DNA from: Nymphaea colorata
Taxonomy: Eukaryota
Direction: 5' to 3'
NCBI RefSeq assembly: GCF_008831285.2
Contig: NC_045138.2
Coordinates: 8,122,001 to 8,186,000 of the forward strand
DNA: 64,000 nt
Every line of letters starts with the position of its first letter. Position 1 is the first letter of the stretch. Below are positions 39,833-54,451 of the stretch, piece after piece. The notes below the pieces were generated by a model. It was given only the letters and a program-made list of their open reading frames with translations. It did no database searches and was not told the DNA's origin. Both the position numbers and the translations under genes were made by a program.

Positions 39833-40001
39833 CAGTGGCGGAGTCACATATAAGCTAGTGGGGGCAGTTGCCCACACTAACATATCAATTTATTTCATTT
39901 TTACAGATCATTTAATATTTACTTTGTTATACATGTAAGTGCCTCTTCAAGTACTAAAACCTGTGAATCAGCTTTAGAAAAAATTTCTGGCTCCTCCATT
40001 G
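39833..40001. mobile_element. Tip100-like hAT MITE nested in a GAGCTCG MITE
   Basis: cagtggcggagtca ... tggctcctccattg; flanks gctgaaca / gttgaaga (6/8). Confidence 0.75.
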
Positions 40002-40183
40002 GTTGAAGATGAGTGAGTTAAGCTCGAACTCGGCTCGTTTAAGTTCGAGTCGAGATTTGGCTGAAGCTTAGCGGAGCTGGCTAGCCTGAGCCGGTTAATA
40101 GAAAAGTGAACTTTTCACTTGAATGATGACAAAGGGACTTAACACATGATCTCAGGTCTTTGAGACACTAGAAAACCCACTTC

Positions 40184-40539
40184 CGATGCAACCCTGCGAG
40201 AGGGATAAGCTCCCCAACCTTTTATTGAAGTAAGCTGTACAAAATAAACAAAGCCTCGACTAGACAATAGCACTACTGGGCAAAGGTATCTCCATTTATT
40301 TATAAGGATGACATGGAGAGGGCAAATCCAATCCCTCCAAAGCAGGCGAGGTTATGGTTTGCGTATCACATTCCACACATCCCTCTGTGAAAATTTAGAG
40401 ATCTCTTTGTCATTCCAATAGAGCTGGTCAGGCTTCTCTCTATCTAGAAGAGGACCCTTGGAGTTTGTCAGCGATAAACCGAAGGAAACCATCACTCCAA
40501 TTCATGCTTAAATAGGAAGTAGAGCTCACACTTTGCTGA
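40184..40539 (-). mobile_element. Short LINE-derived insertion with 19-bp TSD
   Basis: acactagaaaacccacttc at 40165-40183 and 40540-40558. The minus strand reads EKPDQLYWNDKEISKFSQRDVWNVIRKP*PRLLWRDWI, like the start of an L1 zf-RVT. Confidence 0.75.
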
Positions 40540-40888
40540 ACACTAGAAAACCCACTTCAACTGTCTTTTTGTGAAGCACATTATTCATATTCTCATTACA
40601 ACTTATAAGCACAACTTATTTACTTGATCGAGTTCATTTCTCAACTCAAACTCGACTCATTTATTAAATGCACCGAACTCAACAAGTTTAATGCGCGAGT
40701 TCGAGTTCTTAATTGCCAATGAAAAAGAAGTCTATAGAGATGAAAGTTGTTCAATATATCCCATAGTGGTCTTGTGGGATGTACCCCTTTTGAAAAATAT
40801 TTTAAACTACCCAAATGGAGGATTTTGTGTGGTGTTGTGGAAGGTACCCCCATGAAGAAGATTCTAAAACACCCATATGATCTTTGTG

Positions 40889-41063
40889 TAGGGGCGGAGC
40901 CAAGGGGGGCCTGGCCCCACTTCATTTTTTTTTTAATTTACATATAAATTTTTAAAAATTTTATTTGTCTTGTATAAAATTTTTGAAAAATGATATTTCG
41001 GCTCGTGTCAAAATTTAGAAAATTTAATTCGCCCCTCCTCATGAAAAATTTCTCTCTGCCCAT
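40889..41063. mobile_element. Tip100-like hAT MITE
   Basis: Starts taggggcggagccaagggg; body is the reverse complement of the 11785-11980 type; right end degenerate. Confidence 0.7.
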
Positions 41064-41546
41064 GTGTTTATGGACTTCTTTGAAAAGTTTTCCCATGTGT
41101 TTATGTACTTCTTTGAAAAGTTTTCATTTTTGGCCGTAGTTTTAAATTCGTAATTAACGTTTTCTGGCTTAATTTCTTGACAGTATTCGTGTTATTTTGC
41201 TAGCAAACATTGTCTGTTTGAGTGGAACTAACTAAAATGTCAGTCATGTTGGAAGAAATGGCAAGTGGTCGCTATTGGTGGTGTACAAAATTGAAGAACG
41301 CTTTTAAAATTAAAAGGACAACATTGAAAACAATAAACTAAGCTCGACGAATTCAAAACAGCGTGATCAACGGTGGACCCAAACCAAACCAGAGGCAATG
41401 GCGTGCAAATGGAGAACGACATTAAAGGGTCAAGGAAAAAGTGTCAGCCCGCTCGGTTTTGAACCACATGTATAGTATTCTTTATACAAGAACTTCTATT
41501 AAAAAAACTTGCTTACCTTTCAAATGAAGGAATATGCTACTACATG

Positions 41547-41581
<35 letters not shown>

Positions 41582-41624
41582 GGTTTAGGTCATAGCCTTT
41601 AGCAATGCTAGTAAAGTATATTCC

Positions 41625-41670
<46 letters not shown>

Positions 41671-42006
41671 TGATTCTGCCTTTTTTTAGTCATCCAACAT
41701 CTAACGAGAACTGTTTGACCTAATAGAACAAATGGTCAAGAAAAAAGTAATGAACATTTTTGTCATTATTAGTTCATACCATTTTCTCATTGTTTTACTT
41801 TCAACAATTTATTTTTTTCAAAGGACGACCATGATTAGATGAACTTTGGCAATGCTATTAAACTATGCATACTACCACTCTTATCGGGCATGAGGTGTGA
41901 GATGAGGCGCATTTCCTTCATTTCATTTGGGCAGTACTCTTTTTTGTGGGGTGAAATGGAGTGGAGGGAGGTTCCTCTTTTTATCCTGTCTCTCCAGATG
42001 ATTCCA

Positions 42007-42097
<91 letters not shown>

Positions 42098-42612
42098 CAT
42101 TCTCTCTCTCTATAATATATATCGTAGATAGTCCATAGTTTCAGGCAGCTTAGAAAACTATACTCTACCTTTCTCGTTGGACCGTAGGCTTTCTTGGCAA
42201 TGTCAGGACACTAATTCTCTCCCTGTCTCTCCGGTGTGTGAGTGGACCAGGAACATTAAATATTAAAGTCAAAGAATGAAGCAGGCCGTCGTCTGGGATA
42301 TAATTAGTTCCATTTAATACTAAGAACCAGAGACTTTGGAAGATTGTGTGTAGTAGGGAGATGCGAATTATTGGCCATAACTGTTTGCATGTGCGGAGAG
42401 CTGCCCCTAACAATGGTCGACCGTCACGATACTGTAGTCACTAGTGGATTTAATTTTCAACAGACACTTTAGACCAAGGAAAAAAAGGACCACCTCTACA
42501 TCATACAGGCTGGTTGATGCAGATGCCATTACCACAAATACCGTTTACGATTTCAAATGGATGTTTTTCTTAAGTATAACACGACCAAGTTGAATTTTTT
42601 AGAAAAACTTCA

Positions 42613-42643
<31 letters not shown>

Positions 42644-43479
42644 TTTAAAATTTTAAAAAAGAAAACCTAAAAGGAAAATGCAAAGATGAGAAAATAAAAT
42701 GCAGTAATAAGAAATTCGAAAAATTGACAAAAAATACCAAAGGTATGTTTTTTTCCAATTTCAGCACCATAAAAAAAAACAGGCTTTTTTGACTTAAATT
42801 GTTTTTTGAAATGAATGGATTTTATGTGACCATGGTTGACATCGTAGTTCCATATGCATTACGAAACTATCCCTCGCCTTTCATATATTGGATGACAACC
42901 GGAAAAATGCGATCCTGTCAAAAAGATATGCTTGCTCTTCAGACAGAAGATGACTAATTGTTTCCTTGGCATGTTCGGCTATTATTGAACTCTATACAAT
43001 CATAATAGTCTGAATTCGTGAAGATATGCCGCTTCCAAAGCCGGCCAAGAGAATTTTTTGTATTATATTATGTGGCAGGCTGGACTTGCGCCAGTTATGG
43101 CTTTACGTGGCTCTGTTCTCTTTCTTATTTTCAATTCATTTTCCCATGCTGAGATTTGTTACTCGACCAAACTAGCCAATAACCAATTTGATGAATAATT
43201 GGTACAGAGAATAATATACAAAGATCGTAAGGGTAGTTTTCGCAGTTGGAACAGAGTTGTTCTACGAACTTCTCCAAAAGAATGGAGCGGATTTATATAA
43301 CACTAGAACTAAGTATCCATGAATCAGCTTCAATCTTTACGGCAAATTCACGTAATACTTATAAAGTGTTTTATTTGCCAAACGACCCTTAAACTACAAT
43401 CAATGAAACAGGGAGAATATGAAAACACCCTGCTGGAGGTTTGCCCTTCTGAATTTATTACTAACTAATTAAAAAAATA

Positions 43480-45660
43480 CAGTCAACCAACTACAAGAAA
43501 GAGAAACAAATTTCTATCAAGTTATGTTACACTGGTGGAAGAAGTCAAACAATAAACAAGACCAATCGATGGCCATTCATTAGAATAGAAGGTAAAGGAG
43601 AGCATTGAATCAGGAAGACAAAGTCCTGTGGAATACGCAGATTACCTTCCACCAAACATTGTAGACAGTGGTGTCATCTCCTGCTATTTAAGACAACATA
43701 GAGCTTCTGTAATGGGTATCCCAAGAGGTTGCTAGGAATTTGATTTAACACTTTAGATGATATACGAGGAAGGCAATTTTGAGAAAACCCCAACCTAAGC
43801 TAGACACTACGTTCCTTCAGATAAATATCATCCTCCTTAAGAAGAATAAAAAAACATTCAACACACCTGGCACACAGATCCTTCACACTTCTTTAGCAAT
43901 AACCAAATCTCCACCAATAGTCATAACCACGGTCACAAATAACGTTTCAAAGTTTTAAACGGCAAGGTTTTTCTTAGGTATAATATGGCGAGCTTGAAAA
44001 AAACGAGAAAAAAAAACAGAAAAAATATGGTAAATTTTTAAAAATTAAAAAAAACTAAAAATAAGAGAAAAATAAAATAAGTGAAACACTAATAACACAA
44101 ACATCAAAAGGTAAGCAGATTTGCAACAAACAAAAAATAGAAAATTAAAGAAACCTGTTTGGCATTAAAAAAAATGAAAAGAACGAAAAAAGTGAAAAAC
44201 ACGCGAAGAACATGTTTTTCGTTTTTAACGTTTTTTTTAATATATGTGTTTTTAAAGATTTAAAAGGCAATTAAATTTATTACATTTTTTTTTGAAAAAA
44301 AACATGTTTTTTGTGACTACGGTCATAACCTAGTTCCTGAAACTCGATAGGCACCATAGCACTTGATGAAAGGAGACTTGCCAACATCCTATGATCCAGC
44401 CCCTTTTAAGCTACAATTGAACCACCACATGAACTCCCTTGCAACATCTTTACATGGATGTCCTTGTTTGAGGAATTTTTTTTGGGGATAAACCTCCAAG
44501 TATTGGCAGTCAGCTTACAGAGACAATAACATGACTAATTGATTCCTCTTTCTTATGATATATGAAGTATTTATTAGCTAAAGACGATGCCCCTCTTTTT
44601 CAAACAATCTAAAGTAGGAATCCTATTATAGATCCTCACATACACAAACCATGCATCTAGAGCGAGGATGGCAGTCCTTGTTCCGGATGAACTCATTCCA
44701 GGTCGATGAAACCTCAACCAATCATTTGCCAGAAATTTTAAACTTCAAATTTTCAGCATTCCTGCCTTCTACAATTGGTCAATCAGGACAAAAAGAAAGC
44801 CAAGACAAGTTAACCCCCAACCTTTCGAGCATCATCTTCAGAAATCAGAAATAAATCAGAATTTGAGGTATCAACTACGGAGAAGCTCAACCATCTTTCA
44901 CATAAGCTGAACCTTCCACATTCAAATAGGGATAAAGGCAGCAATTATTCCACCTGTCATGCCAAAATTTAATCCTGCCCTCGCCAATGAGCCAAGAAAC
45001 TTTGTGAGCAATCCTATTTCAACCCCTCAGAATTCCTTTGTAGAACCAAGAACAATTCCTTCATCCTTTAAAGGATCATAAACTGTGGTTCCTAAGGCAT
45101 TTCCTGTAGAAGAACATCGTCCAAAATGGCTGATTTCAACAGACCTCCATTGCAAGCTGAGCTAGATGGGCTCTAGACATTTCTTGGTTACTTAAGAGGC
45201 CAATGCCACCTTCCTGCTCAGGTTTGCATAAAGTTTTTCCATGTAAAAAAGGGGTCCTTTAACTGATCAATGACCTTCCTCAAAAAAGCTTTGACATAAT
45301 TCCCTCTATCTTCTTAATAATGTCAGTAGAAAGCAAGAAAAATACAACACCAAAATATGATAATTTGCAAAAATACATATCTTATCAGGCATAATAGGAA
45401 TGCATAAGAGAAAAGATTAGATTTTAAAATGACAAGCTTGCTCTCCACCTTATTAATCAAATCCTTACATCACTCAGGTCTAAGTTTACCACTAAACAAA
45501 AGCAATCCTAGATAACTAAGAGGGAGTTCCTTAGTTTTCCGGCCAAGGGTATCCATAAATAGCTGGCTTACATAAATGAAGATGATGGAAGATCTAGCTG
45601 GATGCACCTCCAAGCCAGCCATCCATGAAACTCATCTAGGAGGGCTCTTACCTGAAAAAA
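43480..45660 (-). mobile_element. L1-type LINE fragment (3' part of ORF2), degenerate
   Basis: Minus strand reads ELPLSYLGLLLFSGKLRPE*CKDLINKVESKL...FWCCIFLLSTDIIKKIEGIM and KTLCKPEQEGGIGL, matching the L1 LP..YLG and CxPK.EGGLG motifs. Boundaries approximate. Confidence 0.8.
43928..44321. mobile_element. hAT MITE nested in the LINE
   Basis: TIR cacggtcacaaa / tttgtgactacg; perfect 8-bp TSD GTCATAAC (43920-43927, 44322-44329). Confidence 0.9.
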
Positions 45661-48600
45661 AAACACTACAACAAATAACGTTATTGGTTAGGGCCCATGC
45701 CGAGGCCAATAACCAGGTGCTGAAAATACTTTTGGCAACAGCCCATACCTTAGTGATTGTTAGGGCTGCCCTTGCCATCGGCCTTGTGCCTAAAAATCAA
45801 TACAGGCAAAGTAGAAGCTGTTACCAAATTTTTTTTTGGCCATAACTATATATATAATTTCAAAAAATTGATAGTTTTCACAAATTGAAGTTGCATTAAG
45901 CAAAAAGCTATACAATAATGTGCCTAATTACATACAAAATTCATGCAAACCAAAAAATATGCACAAATTATGTTGTATCTGATGTTCATAAATTGAAATT
46001 ATTATCCAATTGACCAAAGGCTATGCCTGTTAATTTAGTGTCCTCTTCACCTTCCTATCTTTAGTTTCATATCCACCTTTGTATCTTCATATACTAAAAA
46101 ATTTTGTTCATTATATTTAGCACAATGTAGGCTACAATGCTGAATATATCCAAGGGGAACAAACAATTAGTGTCCCTCATATCACATACAAAAACAAAAC
46201 AATTACTATCCCTCAACAGAAAAAAAGGCTGAAAATATACTGCTGGCAAAAACGTTATGCTGGTGAAAAACATAATGTAACTTTAATAATATTATAATAG
46301 AAAACACAATATTTGCACCATAAAAATAAGTAGTTGAATAAGACAAAGTCAATCAAACAACAATACTGGTGAAGCACAGAGATGAACCAAAACCTTAGGC
46401 ACAATAAGTTTAACATAATCAATGGGCTACAACTCTTGAAAACCAAAAAAGATGCAAAGGCTTTGCACATTAGGCTTATCATAGGTAAATTTTTTTTATT
46501 CTAGCTTGTTTCTTGATATGCTTGTGTTTTCTTTTCCTTTTTTCCACTAATCTAAAAGCTATCAACAATCAAAACATTTCTCTAAAACCATGCCAAAACT
46601 TAACATAGACATGATTAAAATAACATGACATAAAACTTTTGATACAATTATGATTGCATGAACTTTACATGCCATATCTAGCATTGTATGTAGTGGATTG
46701 TGGCAAAGTGGTAGATCAAAATATGTAAAAAAAAAACAGAACTTGCTAGTGTTACTATTATGGCAAGTGTGGAGTAAAAAGTAAAGTTATCACGAATCAT
46801 GGTATGTTTTTATGTCTACATCTAGTTGTAGTTTATATATGTACAGAAGCAGTACTTCATACATCACATGTGAACACATAGTGGCTCATAGAAGCAAACA
46901 GATTTGGAGTATTGCAACCATCTTATAGCTACTGAGATGTGATCCTAAAAGCTTCCATTCTATGGCTCTCATTTCTAATAAAAGTGATCTTGAAATATTC
47001 TCCTGCAATCAAAGTCACTTCATCATAACATATGCGAACATAAATAGGCTTCAACAGATCAGCATATAAGTAAAAGCTAAGGTTCATTGGTCATCATCAT
47101 GATTCTCAGAAGGTGAAATTGTTAACCTGATTTCAATGGTATATAATGTGAAACAAACGACGAGTGGTAATATAATTTGTTTGGAACAAAATCATGTATA
47201 ATGTTGTGAGTTACCATGCCATGAAGCAACAAACTAATGGTCCACAATGGTTCAAACTTGGTAGGTGGATTGTCCCAAAAGGTAGGAGGGAGTTGCACTA
47301 AGAGAAATGTGCAACTCTCGAGCCTGCATGTCTTCAACACTTAAACAACACAAAGATTTTTCTGTCTTGGCAGCCATCAAGTGAAGCAACGAACAAAAAA
47401 AACTGGGAGAAGTCTTTTTCCTTTTGTGGCTCATCACCTCAAACAAAAACAATGTAGGAAGTCTAAGAGAGCAATCATCATCAACATCAGCTTCTTTGTT
47501 AAATGTTGTGGTTTATGACATGAAACTTGAATAGAAGAAGCTGATATAAAGTCACCCTTATGCTACCAGCACATGCCATGGTGCTTATAGTGGGAGAGAA
47601 AGCAAGGCCACCCTTGTCACGCATACGAAAAGGATGAGGCAGTAAATTAAGTAATTAATGTTACAGATTTGTCATTTAAGATTTATAGTGCTTGCTCATG
47701 ATATTTATCGTGCGTAAAAAAACATGGGGCAATAAACCATGCATTTTCCAAGCATTCTATGTTTGAGAAATTGTCAAACATAGCATATATGTGCAGCTTA
47801 AAGAACACATGCCAATGTAAGCAAAACAAGCACTGGAAAACCTCTTAAGTATGGGATTGGTGGATGGCTAGAAGATTTTAAATTTCAATAACCATAGGAC
47901 AACTTGTGATAGAAAACTGATATTGCCTATAATTCTACAAAATTAAAATGAATGAAAAAAAGATGGATATCCGTAACACATTCATTGATAATAGAATATG
48001 ACTGGCAACCTAGCATGTATATAGAATCATGGGACTTCACAGATAATAATGTAAGCATAAAAGGGATCAACTCAAAATTTCATGGAAGCATAATTGTACA
48101 TGCAAGTACCTTCTCTAGTCTTTGATTGCAAGCATAAACCAAGGCATTTGCAAGTGTAAGGAGACCGTATGCTTCCGTGTTGTTAACACAATAAAACTGA
48201 ACTTTCAGAAAAAAGAAAAGGAAGAAAGACACAAAATGAAATAATGCAAAAAAAAAAAGGAGTCTATGAACATGACAATAAGCATTCATGCATTGGGGCC
48301 ACAAAAACTGCCCAATAGAGCTAACACACAACTATTTCTCAAATGCACTCAACAATTTGATTTACTAATATGTACATTTTAGATTATTAACAAAATGCAA
48401 TTGAGGATATTAGAAACAAGGGACTCCTAAATCAGAACATAAATTAAAATTAAAAACAGAAAAAAAAAACAAGAAGAATAACAGAGGGAGAGAGACTTTT
48501 TTTTTTTAAACAATAGAAATATTTAAAGAATGCTAGCACAAGGACAAAAGGAAAAAGGTTAATAACACACTATGTGGAATACTTGAACATGTGGATACAC

Positions 48601-48989
48601 TTACTAGTCCTCATTTTTCTTTCTCGTCACACCATTATAACTTTGCCCCAGTTCTTTTCCTTTTTCTTCTTTTGAAGGAAGACTTGGTGCTATAGTTTAA
48701 ACAAAAATTTTCTTAGCTATAGAAACCAATTTAATATTCTACAAGTTAAAAGTTCAAGGCTGTTGGGTTCACTTTATTCCTAGCTAGGTCATGAGTAGAG
48801 ACCACATAGCCGTTGATTATAAACTAGTTCAAGAAGTTAGCAATGTTGACAAGGCAAATTGGATTACCTAAATATTTTTATGAATTGCTGCTGGTGGCTT
48901 TCTTCTACCGTTCCTCCCACCAACTGATGCAGTACTAGCATTGCTTCAGATGGGACAAGCGTTGGGTGTGCATGAACCATAGACCACTT

Positions 48990-51228
48990 ATTTCATTTGA
49001 GCTAAAATTACCATTTTACCCCTATAACCTTGCATCTTGACCTAAAGAGTATGGATTTTTCACTAAAATTCTGAGAATTACCTAACATTTGAGAAATTAA
49101 GCCATTTCTCAACTTTACATGACACTAAGAGTCCCACAGGTTAGCTCACCAAAGCCAGCTCCTCTATATCTCAAATCATTTCTCAGAATTTAAAAAAAAT
49201 GTGATCTTCGGCTCAACCAAGTCAAAACAAGTTTACGTTAATGGAGAGAAAGTTTTATTTCACTTATTTTGAGTTTCCAACCCAAGTTCCAGTCATATAT
49301 TAATTCGTAAATTGTTACTGGGGCTTTCACTCTCCTACTTTTAGGGGGTTTGAGCTGAATTTGAGCTCAACCAAACGATTGAGCTAAAGCCAAGCTAGGA
49401 CTATGTTTATCATCGGTTTGAGTTTAATTCAGTTTTAAGTACTTTCTCTCTTTATTTCCAGGGATTCAAGCTGAATTTAAGCTCAACCTAGAAGAGTAAG
49501 TTAAAACCAAACTAAGCCATGTTCATCATGTATAAATTAAGCTTTTTTCAATTCAGTTTGATTTTATTCATCCTGGTTTAAGTTCAATTCAGTTCAGAGT
49601 GCTTTCTCTCTCCAATTTTCAAGGGTTTCAGCTGAATTTGAGTTCAACCCGATAGGATGAGATGAATGTGTGTTTTGTTCTCATCATATTCTCATGTCAT
49701 TTGTCCTCCATGCTCAATGTCAATCCAAATATTTTATCAAGAATTGGTCAGCACTTCTCCATGCACATGTGGATTTCGTGAAATCAGATTCAGAGTCCGG
49801 ATGAGATTAGCCAACCAGACTGCATTAGCACTCAAGTTAGACCCAACCAGACTTAGTGTAGGGGTCGTGGTGCAGCTAGGCAACAACTTCAGGTAATATC
49901 GTTTCCCTTTTTTTCTTTTGCAATTTACTGCTTTTTTATGCATGTTTAGTTTAGTTTTCTTTTTGCTTTTAGAATGTTTAGTTTAATTTTCATTTTGCTT
50001 CCAACATGTCAAGCTTAGTTTAATTTTTTTTAGTTGCTTTAATAACATTGTAGTTTAACATGTTTATTTTTTAGATTAGATTTATTTTAATGTCTTTAGA
50101 GTAGGCATAGGGGTTAGTATGCCTCTCTCTTCATTGTCTCTTAAATCCTTTTGCATTTGTTTACTTAGTTTTACTTAAAACTTGAATATAGAATATAGTT
50201 TTATTTCATGTTTTCATTACTCATGTATTGCACCTCTGCTTTAACATGCATTGAACCACATTGCACCCACAGATTGGGTGAGCCAAGTAGCATACCATCT
50301 ATGCATCAACCCAGGTATGTGAAAACCTGAATATAGCCTAGTCCTCATATAAGAATAATTTCAAATCATATTTTTCTCTAAAATGTTTTAAAAAATAATC
50401 TATTTTGATTTCAGAAACCCTAGGTTATGTAGGCATGGGGTCCAAACCTAGTTCAACTTCTTTAAGACTTATTTTAGATGGGTCTTAGAGCCTACTACGT
50501 TTGAACCTAGTCCCATAATCTAGACCTAGTTAAACTGCTTTAAACACTCATTCACATAAAATGAATGAAGTATATATAATATATCACATGGTTTGACTAA
50601 GACCAAATCTACTTATTATAGTCAAACCCATCCAAAGACCCAGTGTAGGCAAGACTGAACCCGATTGCTTTGACAAAGTTATCCCTAGCTCGTTTGGATC
50701 TCAATTCCAAGTATTGGATTGAAAACATACACCTTATGTGGATCAAAACCATGACATTAACCCAAGTCTAACCTTCTTGAATTTTAATCTCAAGTATTGA
50801 ATTTTGGATCCAAGGTATTAGATCTTGGATCTCTAATTTTGGATCTCAAGTCATAAATTTTGGTTCTTGGATTTTAGACATTGGATTTTGAATCAGATTT
50901 CATTTATGAGTCTTGAATCATAAATCTCAGATTACGGATTATGGATTTCATATTTTAGAATCTAGCCTTTGGATCTTGGATTTTAGATGTTGGATCTTAG
51001 ATTCTAAATATTGGATCTTGGAGTAAATTCCGAAGCAAATGAGTTTGATCATAGACCTAGGATCATTCCATAGAAACTCGGACCCAAATACAAGATTTTA
51101 AACCCTATAACATAATTTGGATCTTAAAAGATCCAATCTTGAATACAAGATAAAATTTACTAGATCTTTGTCATTGAATTTTGGATCATGAGTATTAATC
51201 ACATGAAATGATATTTTGACTTTTACAA
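48990..51228. mobile_element. Probable truncated LTR fragment of another retroelement
   Basis: Three sub-repeats gctgaattt(g/a)ag(c/t)tcaacc (about 49354, 49470, 49631) and a degenerate TTGGATC-rich array at 50780-51190. Ends ...ttaca just before the copia gag remnant; no TSD found. Confidence 0.35.
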
Positions 51229-51490
51229 CATCTCCTATCCAACAAGAAGATTATATGTTTTCATTTCTAAAAAGAGGGAGATATAAAACCTAAGGGTCTC
51301 AGTTGAAGAAATTTGACAAGAAAACAAGTGTAGCTAGAGAGATGCATGAGGAAAGCAATGTCCTCGACCTAGACAGGCTTGTTGGTGCACTCAAACCAAA
51401 GTTTATTGATGCTCTTTATCTGCTTTTAAAGAAGGAGTTTCTCCAATTTTTGAAGCCACAGTGGCATTTGCATCTTCAAGTACTCTTGGA

Positions 51491-51666
51491 CAGTGGCGGA
51501 GCCAGGACAGTCCAACCTCTGGATCCGGGTAGGGCCAAACTGAATTTAAATCTAAAAAATACATAGAGTGATTAAAAAATAATATTTTTTTCAATGTAAA
51601 AGTTTTTTTTTTCATTGGCCAGGGTGGGGCCATGGCCTAGGCGGCCCCCCCCTCCCTCCGCCCCTG
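51491..51666. mobile_element. Tip100-like hAT MITE inserted at the copia protease motif
   Basis: TIRs cagtggcggag / ctccgcccctg; perfect 8-bp TSD CTCTTGGA (51483-51490, 51667-51674). Confidence 0.93.
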
Positions 51667-53361
51667 CTCTTGGATACTTGATTTAAGAGCCTCATTCCAT
51701 ATGACTCCTTATGGTTCAATATTTACTAAATGCACTAAGAAAAAGTCATGCCTTTGTGTCAAAACCAACAACGTAACACCCCTTGAAATTAGATTTACGA
51801 AAATCTTGATGAAAATTTTAATTTAAAAGTTTTCAAAATGCCTGAAGTTTGATTTATTCTCAGACTTAATTTGAATCTTTTGTTTTTTTTTTCTAATAAC
51901 AGATCATGAATTTAAATTTATTTTCTCATAAGATAATTTTTTAATATAAGACCATCTTTTCAAGAAGATGATTTAGGAAGGTTCTAAAAAAATGACCTCT
52001 ACTATGTTTATTTTTAGGACCTTTTTCAACCGTCCTTTCAACATAGTCAAGAAAAGTGATATTCAACTTTGGCATCAAAGATTTGGTTACTCGTGCTAAA
52101 AAAAATGTCTTATTTCTCACTTTTAGAGGAAAAATGTAAAAAAATTCTTTCTTTTCATGATTGTATTAAAGCCAAAATTAGGTCTCTATCTTCTAATAAT
52201 AAAAATTTTGTTACAAAAGTCCTTTTGACTTAGTGCATTCGGATGTGTGAGGATCTTCTCATATTATGTCTTCAGGTAGTTTGTTATATTATGTCATTTT
52301 TATGGATGATCGTTTTATATATGTTAGGGTTTACTTTCTCAAACACAAATTGAAAGTTTTCATGAATTTTAAAATCTTTTATAAAATGGTTAAAATAAAA
52401 TTTTAAACATCAAAATTTCTAGAAGTGATTTTGGTGGAGGATTTATTTCCAATGATTGGGAAAGATTTTTAAAGGAACAAAGAATTATACATCAAAATTC
52501 TTGTCCCAAGAACCCCCAACAAAATAGAGTTGCCAACATAAAACAAAGACATTTTTTGGGTGGAAGCTATTTTACCATCCATTTATTTTTTTAAGTAATA
52601 GAAAGCCTTCTAAGATTTTGGTAAACATTTCACCATTTTACTTTTTAATTTAGAACCAAATCCAACATTTTCAATGAAAATAATGACAAACTTTCACCAT
52701 GGCAATAAAATGTTTTTACTGGATATTTCAAAACTCAAAAGGGATATAGATATTATGACAGTGAAAAAGATAAAATATATGTTTCAAGAAATGTGACATT
52801 TTTGGAAGAAGAAAATGACTTTGATATAAATGAACCCAAATATGAAGATGACTATGTTTTCTTGTGGACCAAAGATGATGACAATGACAATGATTTGCAT
52901 CTTCATATGATTATAGTTCCTTGAATGAGTTTGATGACACTCCTTCAGACAATAGACCTTCAAGAAAAGTAATAGTTTATAGGAGAAGAATTCAAGAAAA
53001 TGCCCAAGAGTTTCAGCATCTTGTTAGAAGATCTCGAAAGCTAGTAATCCACTTTAAAACTTTGTCTTGTATGAGTAGTTTTTCCCTAACATAGGACTTG
53101 TTTTATTGACTATTCACATTTATAACATACCTTAAGCATTTCTTAAAGTCAAGTCCCATCAACATTGGACAAAACCTATGAATAATAAACTTAGAACCTT
53201 TGAAAATAATAGAACTTGGGAAATAATTTCTCATCCTATAAGAAAAAACTATAGGTAATAGATGGGTATATAAAGTTAAGGCTTGGAGTGATGGTTCACC
53301 TGAAAGACATAAAACTAGACTAGTAGCTAGGGAGTATGAATAAGAGTATGTCATTGACTAT

Positions 53362-54390
53362 TGTTTGCATCCCAAAATTTCTTTGGTTGGTTTTGGAGTG
53401 CTTCAGAAAAATGTGGTTTTGTTTTGAAAATAAGAGAAAGGGACTCACCCGTCGGTACGAGGATCGACCGTTCTTGGCACCTTTATCGGGAGTAATCAAC
53501 CCAAGGGCTATGTTTATCATCGATGTATTTCGTTTTAACTTAAACATCTTTTTGATTCTATATGCGGTGTACAAAAGGTTTTTGAAGAATCACTTGAGAA
53601 TGTGAAATATTTTATCAAAAACTCGAATTGAAAAATCTTTGTAAATATCATTTGAAAAACTTGAGAATTCATTTTAAAGTCATTTTAGTGTTCTCTTAAG
53701 ACTTTAAGTAGGTTTGAGATTTTGGTCTAATTCGGTTACCACCTACTTACAGCTCCATCACATCTTGCTTAAGTTCTTTTAGAGATGTGATTGTGCTCAT
53801 AAGTGCTATTAAGTGATTGTGAATGCATGAATACATTGATCCTATATGATTAAAAGAGAATGAAGCATATATGATTAAAAAAGATGAAACATTCATACCA
53901 CAACATTCATATAGAAACATTCTTACCATAGTATACATCTAAGATTTTTGTTTTAATAAAGATAGCATATAAGAAGGAAAATGTTTTGAAAATGGATTGG
54001 AGGTTGTGGACCACCAAGCATGATTCCAATATTGGGTCATTACTTGGTTTTTGGTCTTGATGAAGTCGGCAAATGAAAAATTAAAATCTTAAATGATCAG
54101 AGAAAAATATTGAAAGAATGGGAAAAGATGAAAGACTTGATCCCAAGAGAGATATAGATAAAGAAAGAGAGAAAGAGATCTTGAAAATCATAAAATCAAA
54201 GATTTAAAAGGAAGAGAGATACTTATATATATATATATATATATAACCTTGTGAAAATGAGGTTTAAATCAAATAGAGAAGAGAAGATCGTTTTAAAAAG
54301 AGAGAGAGATTAAAAAAATAGAATACACGTATATATATTTATATATATGTATATGAGAGTTTGTAAAAGGATATGTTAAATCATAAAGAG

Positions 54391-54451
<61 letters not shown>

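Noticed and set aside
49340..49650. CRISPR-like repeats with spacers
   Set aside because: Eukaryotic context, only three degenerate copies, the spacers are themselves similar, and there are no cas genes.
48300..51228. 5' LTR and PBS of the copia element
   Set aside because: No second copy of 59200-59780 and no TGGTATCAGAGC-type PBS found; the 5' end appears lost.
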